Positions 46,161-62,099 of a stretch of 64,000 bases of DNA are shown here, piece after piece. The stretch lies in NCBI RefSeq assembly GCF_009914755.1, contig NC_060942.1. One strand, given 5' to 3'. The stretch is from the human T2T-CHM13v2.0 reference genome, Homo sapiens. The notes under the pieces are model-generated. The model searched no databases. It was not told the origin of the DNA and saw only the letters and a list, made by a program, of their open reading frames with translations. How positions within the stretch are numbered: the first letter of the stretch is position 1; every line of letters starts with the position of its first letter. The translations under genes were made by a program, and so were the position numbers.

Positions 46161-47329
46161 AGAGTTTTCTGCTTCCTGGTGGGATACAGTAGCTTAAGGC
46201 ACACCAGTCTCCCTGCCAAGAAACACTAGCAGGGCCAGATGAAATAGAGAAATCATTCATTTGAAGTCATCGAAGATGTGCTGAGGAAATGGGAACTGGA
46301 GAGGCTCAGATTCTGGAAAGAGAGGGAATTTGGAGAGGTCAGCTGACTTCCCAGCCTGCAGGAGTCTGAGAATGGGGCTTTGCACCAACGGCTGCTGCTT
46401 GGGACCAGAGAATACAGCAGGACTTCTGATGGAAATTTGGGTGGGCGAGGGAGGTCTTGATCTCATGGTCTCCTTTCCTCTCAAGCAAATCCTTCACCAG
46501 AGCTCCCTGCTACACTTCCTCTGCAGAACAGATGCTTGAGATAATGCTGGATGCTGCAGCCTGGGTCAGAGTGGGGCTGGATCCCTGCCCTCTGTCCTGC
46601 CCAGCTTTCCATGGAGCTCAGGGGGATGACTTTGGTTCTGGATGGCCTCAGAAGTTATGTAGCTGTACTGGCTTAATGAGAGAGTGAAGGTCAGGGTCAG
46701 AGTCAGAGCTGGGAACACAAAAGAAGGGTTGAGGGCAGAGATGGGTCACACCTAAGCCAGTTTTGGGAGACCACAATTAAGGAAAATCCAGAGACCTGGA
46801 ACCCCACCTCTTACCTGAGACTGAACTCATGGCCTCTCCCATAAGCATGCTTCTTTGCTTATTATTCTTCTCTTCCTGCCTGGAATATCTTCTTAAACCA
46901 CCTCTCCTCTCTCTAGCTATTCATTATTTCTCCTACAAGCCCTACCCACTATCATGAAGGAATCTGCACAGAGCCCTCCCTCCTTGACACCCTCAGACCA
47001 CTTGCCATTGGTCACAAACTCCCTTGTATGATTGGCACTCAATCCCATCTTGAACAGCTCCCAATTACCCTACCAGACTGTAAGCTCCTTGAGGGCACAG
47101 GCCAGCACCAGAACAGGGGTCTACACCTAACACACACCTGAACATGATACTTTGAGTGAGGAGAGAGATAATGACTGTGGCATTCTCAAGAGGCAAATAT
47201 CTGAGCACTCAAGGTCAGGGCAAATGTAGATCCTCAGTTCTTGAAGGCAGAGGTCTTGTCTTCTCTTTCATCTCCCAACTTCCAGCCTCCTCACTCCCTA
47301 GAGCCTTGCTCATAGAAAGTACATGTTGA

Positions 47330-47619
47330 GACCAGGTGCAGTGGCTCACACCTGCAATCCCAGCACTTTGGGAGGCCAAGGCAGGTGGATCACTTGAGCA
47401 CAGGAGTTTGAGAGCAGCCTAGGCAACATGGCGAAATCCTGTCTCCACCAAAAATACAAAAAGTTAGCTGGGCATGGTGGTGCACACTTGCAGTCCCAGC
47501 TACTTGGGAAGCTGAGGTGGGAGGATCACTTGAGCCTGGGAGGTGGAGGCTGCAGTGAGCCTAGATGGCGCCACTGCACTCCAGCCTGGATGACAGAGTG
47601 AGACCCTGTCTCAAAAACT
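47330..47619 (+). mobile_element. AluJ (Jb-like)
   Basis: J-type GGAGGATCACTTGAGCCTGGGAGG..GGCTGCAGTGAGC and GAGACCCTGTC; perfect 14-bp TSD AAAGTACATGTTGA at 47316-47329 and 47620-47633. Confidence 0.93.
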
Positions 47620-47820
47620 AAAGTACATGTTGAATGACTGAATGAAGCCATTTTTCCAGTTATCTTTGTAATGGACTGGTCAAGATTTCTCCTCCTCCTT
47701 TTCCTCCTCCTCTTCCACCTCTTCCTTTATCTTCACCAGCCTCAGAGAGGACCTGGACCTCAGACTTGACTTTTGGGATACGGACTCCTTTAGGAATCTA
47801 AACCCTCTCTCTCTCTTTCT

Positions 47821-47845
47821 AAAAAAAAAAAAAAAAAAAAAAAAA
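47821..47845. repeat. Orphan poly(A)25 next to a (CT)n run
   Basis: CTCTCTCTCTTTCT followed by 25 A; no Alu or L1 body upstream. Confidence 0.9.
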
Positions 47846-48341
47846 GGACTTCTCCCTGTACCAAACTATATCACCCATACAGTGGATCTTTTGAATGGTC
47901 TAATGAAATGGGATGGAGATTGTCACCAAGGATTGGCTCCTATCTGTGAGGGCACCTGAGGCCACAAACACTCCTCTCCAAAGAGAATCAAAGTGATGTG
48001 ATCATTTTTCCAGCTTATTCATGTGATTTCCAGCCACTTGTGATGTATAAACTGGCCATATATAATCTTGGGCAAGTCACGGGACCTCAGTTATCTCATT
48101 ACAAAAGAAAAAAAATCTCATTATAAAAAGAAAAAAAATTAGATGACCAAGACAAAAAGTTTTCACTTGATTCCATGGATGATCAATACAAGATCAATAA
48201 GATCAATGCCATATTCTTTGTCCCCACAGAGAAATCCCAACATTGACTCTAACAATGATTTTGATGTCAGTTGACACTGGGCTCATTCCCTCTCAGCCTG
48301 AGGCCCTATCTTGCAGGGCCACCTCCTTCTTGTTACCAGGT

Positions 48342-48925
48342 ATGCTAGACTGAATAATGGCCCCCAAAGATATCCAAGTACTAATTTCTGGAACCTGTGA
48401 ATGTTACCTTATATGGCAAAAGGGGCTTAACAGTTGTGATTAAGTGTGATTACCTTGAGGGTGATTACCACAAACTTAGTAGCTTCAAACAACACAGATA
48501 CATTACCTTAAAGTTTTGTAGGACAGATATCCAACATGGGTCTCACCGGGTAAGGTCAAGGTGCTGGCAGGTCTGAGTTCCTTTGGGAGGCTCTAGGGGA
48601 GGGCCTGTTTCCTGCCTTTTTCAGCTTCCTTTTCAGCTTCTAATGGCCACCTGTCTTCCTTGGCTGTTGGCCCCATCCTTGGGCCAAGTCCTTCTCATGC
48701 TGCCATCTCTTGTATTCTCCCTTCCAATTCCCTTTTCCACTTTTAAGGACCCAGGTGATTACACTGGGCCCACAGGACAATGTCCAAGAATCTCCCTATC
48801 TTAAGATCAGCTGACTAGCAACCTTAATTCCCCTCTGCCATATAACCTAACATATTCACAGGTTCTGACAGTTAGAACATAGACCTCTCTGTGTAGTGGG
48901 GGCAGGTGGATATTCTGCCTACCAT
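48342..48925. mobile_element. Two abutting MLT1 (C/D-like) LTR pieces in opposite orientation
   Basis: 48342-48460 is a sense 5' part (GAATAATGGCCCCCAAAGATATCC..GGAACCTGTGAATGTTACCTTATATGGCAAAAGGG). 48465-48925 is a near-complete antisense copy (TACCACAAACTTAGTAGCTT..CATATTCACAGGTTCT..ATTCTGCCTACCATA). Confidence 0.7.
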
Positions 48926-49173
48926 AGAAGGAGACAGTAAGGAGAACCTTCCAGACAAGAAGGAGAAGTATGACAGAGAAGTATGAGCCAAAGTCCATAA
49001 GAAGAAATCAGAGTTTCAGAAGGAGAATCATGAAAATAAGGCTGAAGACATAGTTTAGAGTCAGATGGTGGGCAAAGGGCTTTGAATGCCAGGATGGTGT
49101 AGGGCTCTGTTGTATAAACAAGAGGAAACAGGGTGTCCCTTGCTGGGACTGTGGTATAAAAGTTGCCTGGATG

Positions 49174-49259
49174 GGCCAGGTGCGGTGGCTCATGCCTGTA
49201 ATCCTAGCACTTTGGGAGGTTGAGGCGGGCAGATCATGAGGTCAAGAGTTCGAGACCAG
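49174..49259 (+). mobile_element. AluS (Sg-like), 5' part, split by the L1HS insertion
   Basis: GGCCAGGTGCGGTGGCTCATGCC...GATCATGAGGTCAAGAGTTCGAGACCAG, then an abrupt switch to the L1 5' end. Confidence 0.93.
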
Positions 49260-49492
49260 AGGAGGAGCCAAGATGGCCGAATAGGAACAGCTCCGGTCTA
49301 CAGCTCCCAGCGTGAGCGACGCAGAAGACGGGTGATTTCTGCATTTCCATCTGAGGTACCGGGTTCATCTCACTAGGGAGTGCCAGACAGTGGGCGCAGG
49401 CCAGTGTGTGTGCGCACCGTGCGCGAGCCGAAGCAGGGCGAGGCATTGCCTCACCTGGGAAGCGCAAGGGGTCAGGGAGTTCCCTTTCCGAG

Positions 49493-49708
49493 TCAAAGAA
49501 AGGGGTGACTGACGCACCTGGAAAATCGGGTCACTCCCACCCGAATATTGCGCTTTTCAGACTGGCTTAAGAAACGGCGCACCACGAGACTATATCCCAC
49601 ACCTGGCTCAGAGGGTCCTACGCCCACGGAATCTCGCTGATTGCTAGCACAGCAGTCTGAGATCAAACTGCAAGGCGGCAACCAGGCTGGGGGAGGGGCG
49701 CCCGCCAT
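49493..49708 (-). CDS. L1 ORF0 (71 aa antisense ORF of the 5'UTR)
   Basis: MAGAPPPAWLPPCSLISDCCASNQRDSVGVGPSEPGVGYSLVVRRFLSQSEKRNIRVGVTRFSRCVSHPFL; ATG at 49708-49706; full length. Confidence 0.75.
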   Translation of the reverse strand: MAGAPPPAWLPPCSLISDCCASNQRDSVGVGPSEPGVGYSLVVRRFLSQSEKRNIRVGVTRFSRCVSHPFL

Positions 49709-50163
49709 TGCCCAGGCTTGCTTAGGTAAACAAAGCAGCCAGGAAGCTCGAACTGGGTGGAGCCCACCACAGCTCAAGGAGGCCTGCCTGCCTCTGTAGG
49801 CTCCACCTCTGGGGGCAGGGCACAGACAAACAAAAAGACAGCAGTAACCTCTGCAGACTTAAGTGTCCCTGTCTGACAGCTTTGAAGAGAGCAGTGGTTC
49901 TCCCAGCACGCAGCTGGAGATCTGAGAATGGGCAGACTGCCTCCTCAAGTGGGTCCCTGACCCCTGACCCCCGAGCAGCCTAACTGGGAGGCACCCCCCA
50001 GCAGGGGCACACTGACACCTCACACGGCAGGGTATTCCAACAGACCTGCAGCTGAGGGTCCTGTCTGTTAGAAGGAAAACTAACAACCAGAAAGGACATC
50101 TACCCCGAAAACCCATCTGTACATCACCATCATCAAAGACCAGAAGTAGATAAAACCACAAAG

Positions 50164-51180
50164 ATGGGGAAAAAACAGAACAGAAAAACTGGAAACTCTA
50201 AAACGCAGAGTGCCTCTCCTCCTCCAAAGGAACGCAGTTCCTCACCAGCAATGGAACAAAGCTGGATGGAGAATGATTTTGACGAGCTGAGAGAAGAAGG
50301 CTTCAGACGATCAAATTACTCTGAGCTACGGGAGGACATTCAAACCAAAGGCAAAGAAGTTGAAAACTTTGAAAAAAATTTAGAAGAATGTATAACTAGA
50401 ATAACCAATACAGAGAAGTGCTTAAAGGAGCTGATGGAGCTGAAAACCAAGGCTCGAGAACTACGTGAAGAATGCAGAAGCCTCAGGAGCCGATGCGATC
50501 AACTGGAAGAAAGGGTATCAGCAATGGAAGATGAAATGAATGAAATGAAGCGAGAAGGGAAGTTTAGACAAAAAAGAATAAAAAGAAATGAGCAAAGCCT
50601 CCAAGAAATATGGGACTATGTGAAAAGACCAAATCTACGTCTGATTGGTGTACCTGAAAGTGATGTGGAGAATGGAACCAAGTTGGAAAACACTCTGCAG
50701 GATATTATCCAGGAGAACTTCCCCAATCTAGCAAGGCAGGCCAACGTTCAGATTCAGGAAATACAGAGAACACCAGAAAGATACTCCTCGAGAAGAGCAA
50801 CTCCAAGACACATAATTGTCAGATTCACCAAAGTTGAAATGAAGGAAAAAATGTTAAGGGCAGCCAGAGAGAAAGGTCGGGTTACCCTCAAAGGAAAGCC
50901 CATCAGACTAACAGCGGATCTCTCAGCAGAAACCCTACAAGCCAGAAGAGAGTGGGGGCCAATATTCAACATTCTTAAAGAAAAGAATTTTCAACCCAGA
51001 ATTTCATATCCAGCCAAACTAAGCTTCATAAGTGAAGGAGAAATAAAATACTTTATAGACAAGCAAATGCTGAGAGATTTTGTCACCACCAGGCCTGCCC
51101 TAAAAGAGCTCCTGAAGGAAGCGCTAAACATGGAAAGGAACAACCAGTACCAGCCGCTGCAAAATCATGCCAAAATGTAA
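50164..51180 (+). CDS. L1 ORF1p (338 aa RNA-binding protein / nucleic acid chaperone), intact
   Basis: Full-length MGKKQNRK...QNHAKM; REKG, ARR and YPAKLS motifs intact. Confidence 0.93.
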   Translation: MGKKQNRKTGNSKTQSASPPPKERSSSPAMEQSWMENDFDELREEGFRRSNYSELREDIQTKGKEVENFEKNLEECITRITNTEKCLKELMELKTKARELREECRSLRSRCDQLEERVSAMEDEMNEMKREGKFRQKRIKRNEQSLQEIWDYVKRPNLRLIGVPESDVENGTKLENTLQDIIQENFPNLARQANVQIQEIQRTPERYSSRRATPRHIIVRFTKVEMKEKMLRAAREKGRVTLKGKPIRLTADLSAETLQARREWGPIFNILKEKNFQPRISYPAKLSFISEGEIKYFIDKQMLRDFVTTRPALKELLKEALNMERNNQYQPLQNHAKM

Positions 51181-51219
51181 AGACCATCGAGACTAGGAAG
51201 AAACTGCATCAACTAATGA

Positions 51220-55071
<3,852 letters not shown>

Positions 55072-55315
55072 ACAATGAGATCACATGGACACAGGAAGGG
55101 GAATATCACACTCTGGGGACTGTGGTGGGGTCGGGGGAGGGGGGAGGGATAGCATTGGGAGATATACCTAATGCTAGATGACACATTAGTGGGTGCAGCG
55201 CACCAGCATGGCACATGTATACATATGTAACTAACCTGCACAATGTGCACATGTACCCTAAAACTTAGAGTATAATAAAAAAAATAAAAATAAATAAAAA
55301 AAAAAAAAAAAAAAA

Positions 55316-55532
55316 AAGAGTTTGAGACCAGCCTGCCCAATATGGTGAAACCCTGTCTCTACTAAAAATACAAAAATTAGCTGGGCGTGGTGGTGCACAC
55401 CTGTAGCCCCAGCTACTCAGGAGGCTGAGGCAGCAGAATCCCTTGAATCTGGGAGGCGAAGGTTTCAGTGAGCCGAGGGACAGTGCAGTACCTGGGAAAC
55501 AGAGCAAGCCTCCGTCAAAAAAAAAAAAAAAA
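55316..55532 (+). mobile_element. AluS 3' part, continuing 49174-49259
   Basis: Resumes AAGAGTTTGAGACCAGCCTGCCCAATATGGTGAAACCC, then linker, right arm (partly deleted) and poly(A). Residual Alu TSD CCTGGATG at 49166-49173 and 55534-55541. Confidence 0.93.
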
Positions 55533-55619
55533 TCCTGGATGTTGTCATTTATTTCTTTGACCTTCTCTCCATCATGGCACTGGGAAGTGAGGAAAGCGGT
55601 TCTCCTGGGCATCTATGGG

Positions 55620-57000
55620 CAGCTGTGGACAGGTGTAGAATTAATATGACCAAAACAGCAGGACACTGAAAACGGAAAGTGGGAAGAGAGGAGGAAAAGA
55701 GAGAGTGAACAGAACAGAGTTTAACCCCTTCATAACCTGCTCGCACCTTTTAATTCCCATTGAATAGGCCTGATTCCATTTTGATAGAAAACATGCCCAG
55801 TGCGTGGTTCAGAAGGCTATAGAATTGAGAGCTATTAAATACTAAAAAGACAAGGTGAGAAACAATTTGCAAAATCTCCTCTTTTTATAGACTGCAGCGA
55901 TTGAGAAAAATTGAGTAAATTCCCCAGCTGCCTCAACTGCAGTCTGTTTCAAGATTCCATCAATTTTTTACGGTACAATCAATATTTATGAATCCCCAAA
56001 GAAATGTCGCAAAGAGAAACCCAGCACAACATTTTCTCAGTGGTTTGCAGAGATGTTAACAGGGGGACCTAAATAACTTTTAAAATAATCTCAATGACAA
56101 TCAAAGACTCTTCCATAGCCAATGCGGTTTAATGTCGGGCTTTATATTAGCGCTGCTCTGCCGGGGGCGGGGGCGGGGAAGGGAAAACGCTGAGAGTTTA
56201 ATCTGTCCAAAAGATGACACTTGGCTATAATAAGTACGCTGTAATATGGTACTTAAAAATCCAAAGGAAGTGCTATATTAATAAGTCCCTGGATTTTTTG
56301 TTTAATGCATTCAAATATCGGTTAAGCAATAGATTTTTTCAGTCAGCTGGAAAAAAAAAGATTTCTGGGGGAAAAAAACAGACAAATCCACATTGCTTTA
56401 ATGGCTACTTTAGGTTTAATATCTAAACTTATTTAAATAACTCTGCGCCCTCCTGCTGAAAAATATTGAAACTAATGGATTCCTTTGTGCGTAATCTCCA
56501 TTTAAATGTGGAGTTTAATTTCCCTTTTGGCTAAACCTATGGGAAACTAGTCTTGAAATGTCCCTCTTAAAAAAGAGACGAAAACCCCATATAGAATATT
56601 TAGGGGCATTCCTTTATTTTATTTAAAATTGGTTTGGGGCATTAAAACTAAGTAGCCAACGAAAAGCAAGCCCGCAGACTCCCTACGTTTATACCTGGAG
56701 CCCGAGGTGGGTGCTGGGCGACTGTGGTTTCCCGGGTGCGCAGACGCCCATGTGCGCAATCAGAGTGCCTAAGCCCCGCGCAGATCCGGCACCCCTTGGG
56801 GGGTGATCCCCGCCAGGGCCTGGCTCTCTCGACCCCCAAACGCTGTCCCCATCCTTCTCATAATGATAACACCGAAAATTCCACCACTGGAGCTTCCTCT
56901 CTGAGGCCTAAGGCTTTGATTTCTGTTCCATGCAAATCTCCTCAGGCAGAGTCGGACTTCCCTGTGGCTGAGGGCTATTTTGTGCGCATGAATATGCATA
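55620..57000. promoter_or_regulatory. Candidate enhancer/promoter block with a CpG-retaining patch
   Basis: Repeat-free and AT-rich with homeobox-type motifs (TTTTACG near 55966, TTTATGA near 55985). ATCAAAG at 56100-56106, CCAAT at 56119-56123, tandem GC boxes GGGGCGGGGGCGGGG at 56164-56178, CpG-dense 56660-56845 with TGCGCA repeats. Confidence 0.4.
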
Positions 57001-57829
57001 GAGACCTGTGATGTCAGAATGGGAACTAAGACCTAGAAAGTAATCCCTGCTGCCCTTTCGCTGGCCCAGGAAGGGGTAAATCACAGATCAGTGTCAGAGG
57101 TGCGATGAAAACCCAGGAGTTCTGATTCCTGGGTCACCATGCTCCCTTTGCCAAGGGTGGAGCCGACACCAACAGACTCTTAGCTCCTGTGCCCTGTGCA
57201 TCCTGGTGTTCGTGCACGTGCTGCACGGGTGAGTCTGCCTGAAACTGCGCGTGTGGGTTAAGGTACAATATGCTTCTTATAACCACTCCAAACTGTACAG
57301 ACATGAGAATACTAGGGTTGTCATTGTCATCAAAGGATTTCTTTAGATGTCTTCTCTCAGTTGTGTAGATAAAATGCAGGTTATAAAGATGCAGCTTGTA
57401 TATAACTCTCTTTACAACACCCTACTGCGTAAAACCATCCACACCTGGGTGTGCCTGCCTAGTGATAGGCTTCAACATGGCTGGTATATTATAATTCATG
57501 GACAATGGTAACTACTAATGATTTAAAGCTGAGAGGGAGAAAGAATGAGTTGGTCTTTCATACAATTTATCTGTGATAGAGAAGAGCCCTGTGACAGAAG
57601 GTGGGAGTCCTGGGTTCTGGTCCCAGTTCTTTCGCTTACCAAAGGTGGAAGCTGAGCATCACTCATCTTTAAAATGGTGAGAGTGATAACAATAACTTGT
57701 AGACCAAAGGCAGGCCCCCGGAGCAAATGATTTGGGGAGATTCCTCAGGCTACATGATTTGATTATATTACATTATAACAAACATGACAGCAAGCTAAAG
57801 ACATAGAATGTGATTCAGTTTTAGTATGT

Positions 57830-57877
57830 GCACACACACATACACGCACACACACATACACGCACACACACACACAC
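57830..57877. repeat. (CA)n microsatellite, compound
   Basis: CACACACACATACACGCACACACACATACACGCACACACACACACAC. Confidence 0.9.
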
Positions 57878-59645
57878 CAGCTCTGAAGTCAAGATCCCTT
57901 TAACAGACTTGCTTATTATAGGTGACTTAGAAAATGTGAGGGCTAAACATGAACCATAGCCTGAGGTGGTCCTGCTAGAAAGCCATGTGCCTGTCCTGTC
58001 AGTCTCTCCAAGACCACTGGTAGAACAGCCCAGAATGCCAGATGGCATGGGCAGTGTGATCTGAGGAGTGCCATGAACTACATGCTCTAAAAATTTCATC
58101 CCCACCAGCTTGTATCTGGAATCATGATGTAAAATTGCTCCTATGGATAAGAATGTTAAAAAAAAAATTGAGTTCAAATGTAGAATTAATACCCAAGGGA
58201 GACATTGCTGTTATTAGCCTTAACTCTTTAGCTAGAACTCATTTCTAGCTAAATTTCACTTTTAGCTAGAATTCAGTTCGATTCATTTGTCATCTAACAG
58301 GATCTGGAAAGATACATAAATTTCCACTAGAAGAGGAGAAAGGCATAAGACAGACCTCAGCTGTCATTCAGGAAAGGAAGGGCCGCCAGTCTGGAGTGAC
58401 AACTAGGGTCAGTGGAAGTCTGGGCAGTGGAGAGGGGAATCCTGAAAATAAGTTGCTTACTTCACTCAGAGTGTTCCAAGGACTGGCCTTGGCACCAGCA
58501 TTGTCCAGGGGCCATGTCAGCTGATGTATTCTGCTCAGGGCTGTGAGGGCCTCTGAGAAGCAGAAGAAATGACTCCTGCTTTCCAGAGCTTATTGTCCAG
58601 CTGAGGCTATGAGACATTACAACATTCAGTAGGAACTCGAAGGGCATGGAGACTCAGAGCAGCATGGAGACTCAAAGAAGAAATCAGACTAACTGCACTG
58701 GTGGGAAAGGCTCTAGGGAGAAGAGGCCAACTGGAGAAAAGGACATCCAAGACTGGTCCGACAGGGGTGGGCAGAGGGAACAGTGAGGAGAACAATGGAG
58801 AGGACCCACAGCTCACCAAGGCTACTCCAAAATATCCCACCAGTCACAGGGTCTCCTTCTGAGTTAAAGTGTTATGTGGGTCATAGGCCAAGACTCAGAC
58901 TCTACCCACAGTGACCAAAGTCCAGACCGCAGGCCAGTGGGTAGGAAGCATTCCCTGCCTTCCTCCATTCACAGGGCAACTCAGTCCTAACTCGTGTGCT
59001 GTTTAATCAACACAGAAGCCCAGCATGGACAGTCAGAGCCTGAGAGACTTCAGAAAGCTTCTCCTCCAGGAATTCTTATTTTTGAGGTCATACTTCCTTT
59101 AAGGATCTAGTGAAAAGTATGAACCAACCCTCTCCCATGAAAAACATGCACCTGTGAAATACACATATAATTTCACAAGCTTCAAAGACCCTCTCCTACT
59201 CCCCTCCACTGCAGAACCAATCCTTGAACCCCAGTTAGTAAGAGCTAGCCCAATCCTTTCATTCTGCAGAGAAGAGGATCTAAAGCAGAAGAGTAAAATC
59301 CCAAGGTCATCAAGTTAGAGCTGGACCAGAACCGGCTCCCTCTTTCTAGTAGTGCAGTGATCTTTGGCAGTTTTTACAGACTCACGGGTATCCTTAGGTA
59401 TCCTTTCATATTTGTATCGATTGCCATGAACATACTGTGACAAACCATCTCAAAACTTAGTGACTTGAAACAACAAGCATTCCTTTAGCTCTTGAGTCTG
59501 CAGGTCAAAGATTTTAGGCTGGACCTGGTTGAATGATTCTTCTGGTCTCAACTGGGGCTGCTCCTCTGGAGGCCAGCTGACTTACAGCTTTAAAGTCTTA
59601 CAGCTTTATGCTTACCTTCTCCCCATCCCACCTACCAGACCATGC

Positions 59646-59647
59646 AC

Positions 59648-59694
<47 letters not shown>
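59646..59694. repeat. (CA)n microsatellite
   Basis: Long, nearly pure CA run. Confidence 0.92.
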
Positions 59695-59695
<1 letters not shown>

Positions 59696-62099
59696 TTCTT
59701 TTCCCCTGCTCCAGCCATGTCTGACCCACTGTAGACAGACTTTCCTATTTCTGCTTAGCAGTTAGAAGAGGAATATCACGTCTTATCTTAACCTCCTAAT
59801 GATCCTCCAGCTTTCCCCAGAGAATGGGTCTATAAATTGTACAGGATAACAGGGAGTTTAGCCTGCTACATTCGTGGTCACCTTCAAAAAAGGTGGCCCA
59901 CCAGCCAGTTTCTTCCCACAAAACAAGGCATTAGATCTCCTACAGGGCGCTTTGTTGGTTAAATCACCCGTGCTACTCCAGCCGTAGCAAATCTAATCCA
60001 GGTCCAGTGCATAACCTGAAGCAACTACAAATGACCCAGACACCAGGGTGCCACTAAGGTAACCTGGCTTATATTCTACCATGCACAGGCACTTCATACT
60101 GAATGCTGCAAATTGGCCACCAAAATCCTCTGTTTGGGAAGACTAAATGTTGGCCGAACAAAGAGAAGATGAGTCACAGGATTTGTGGTGGTTGTCCTTA
60201 TCCTACTTTTTCATTTCCCTATAAAAAATGTTGCACATCTTTGTTTTAGAAGAGCTGCATCCTGGGACAATTTTATGGCTGATGAGAACATATCCTGATC
60301 CACTCCACATTTCAGTGTAACCTTGCAGTATACCTGTAACACTGGAGGCACACATCTCTTCCCTAGCAGCCCTTAAGAACCTGAATGGTAGAGAGAGGGA
60401 GGATCACAAAAGTTTGCTTCCAGCTCTATACTCACCCACAGGTGATTCCATATTTGTTTGTTTTGACTGTGTCTTTTTAATTCTTTTTTTTTAAACTGAT
60501 TCATTGTATTGATGTCACTGACTAGCTTACCATGGTTCTTAATTACTTGCAGTCCGATAAGGGTATCATCAGGTTAACTTAGTTTCTGTTTTATGTAATT
60601 ACAATACCAAACTCCTCTCTTTCATCGTCTGCCTTTCCAGTATGTTGGCCACAGAGCATTGTCATCCTCCCCATAACCCACAACACTCAGAGGGCACTCA
60701 GAATGAGGATGGGTGGCTCATTATCTTTGTCGATCTGCCCCAGAGTTAGAATCCCTGATGGTAGTATTACTTTCCAATATATGGGGCCTGTGTTCACACT
60801 GTTGAAATGTTTCTTAATTAAGAATCTTTTTTTCTGTCTTATGCATAAATTAGTCAAGGTAATTATTGTAGCATTATTATTATTACATTGTACTTATACA
60901 GCACTTACCTCCAAGGTGCTCAAAGTAGCTTATAGATTTTTTTAATCTAATGAACTCTCGTAGCCTCTAGGCAAGATGGAGAGCAGAGCAGGGATTATTA
61001 GAGTCACATTATAGTTGGAGAAATGGGTCAGGCCAGAAGTAGGGGTGGCTGTGGGTTGCTGCAAAATAACTCATTCAGATCCATGTTTTCCCTGTCTGTG
61101 GAGGTATGAGAAGCGAGCAAAGGGCTATCTTTGGGGTAGGAAGAGCTCCTTCTCTACCCGCAGAAAGCATAGGCAGGTAGCAGCTTTTGAGCCCAGAGGG
61201 CCCCTCCAGCAGGGTTTGGATCTAGAAAACACACAGGAGATATTAGTTGTTTTCTCCCTTCCTCTCCTAATTTCCACTTGCCATGAAGTTTTACCAGGTC
61301 CCCAGACTGCTACTTTGTGGTGCAGGAAGCAAAGGGTATAAGGAGAGAGGAGGAAAACTTAGCACTTGGCATCAGCACCAGTTTACTCTGACCCTGACTC
61401 ACATTATTGCATTTTCACATGCCTCTTTCTGATGCTCTACATTTCTTGGGAGCAGCTGAGCAGGGTAGACTTAGCCACAGACAGGCACCATCATGGTCTG
61501 GTGGAAATTCCTGTGCTGATGGAGATGGGGACGGGGGGCGGGGTCCAGCTCACTTTAATTTGACTAGAGGGCAGCAGGAGATAGCAGCATTTTGTAAGAG
61601 CCTTGAGTTAAAACTTCCTGCATTAAGTACTGACAAATATAGAATGTGTGATGGGTGACTCAGAGAACGACCGTTGCAAGTACCACACAAAAATATTAAT
61701 AACAACAACAATATCAAGGTACTGATCTTGCAGGTCTATTTCTAGGTATAGATCATAGACTTTCTCCTCTCTCACAAGATTGCTAGGGTATGTATGGCTG
61801 TCGACGTCCACATTGTTATAACTCAGCAGAATCTAGTGGTCACTCATCAGCATATAAGCATATCTTATTGCTTGCAGGGGAGAAAAATGGTAACTGACAG
61901 TGAGCAAAGACAATCTCATGATACATTTGGTAACTATAGGGTCTCTGCTTCCAGAAGACTCTCATCCATTTCATTAAGCAGATCCAATTCATGGTGATCC
62001 ATGTGCTCCCTCAGCATAGAAAACCTCTTTCTTACCCTTGCACTGTCTGCCTTAGTCAGTACATCCATTAAGTCTCAAATCAGGCATCATTCTTTCATT

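Noticed and set aside
50251-51150. Shared CpG-type changes (T30M, R328Q) as stand-alone proof of conversion
   Set aside because: CpG transitions recur independently. They were used only as support beside the non-CpG shared changes.
55120-55150. G-quadruplex-like G-run (also 32205-32230)
   Set aside because: Standard L1 3'UTR polypurine tract, not specific to this locus.
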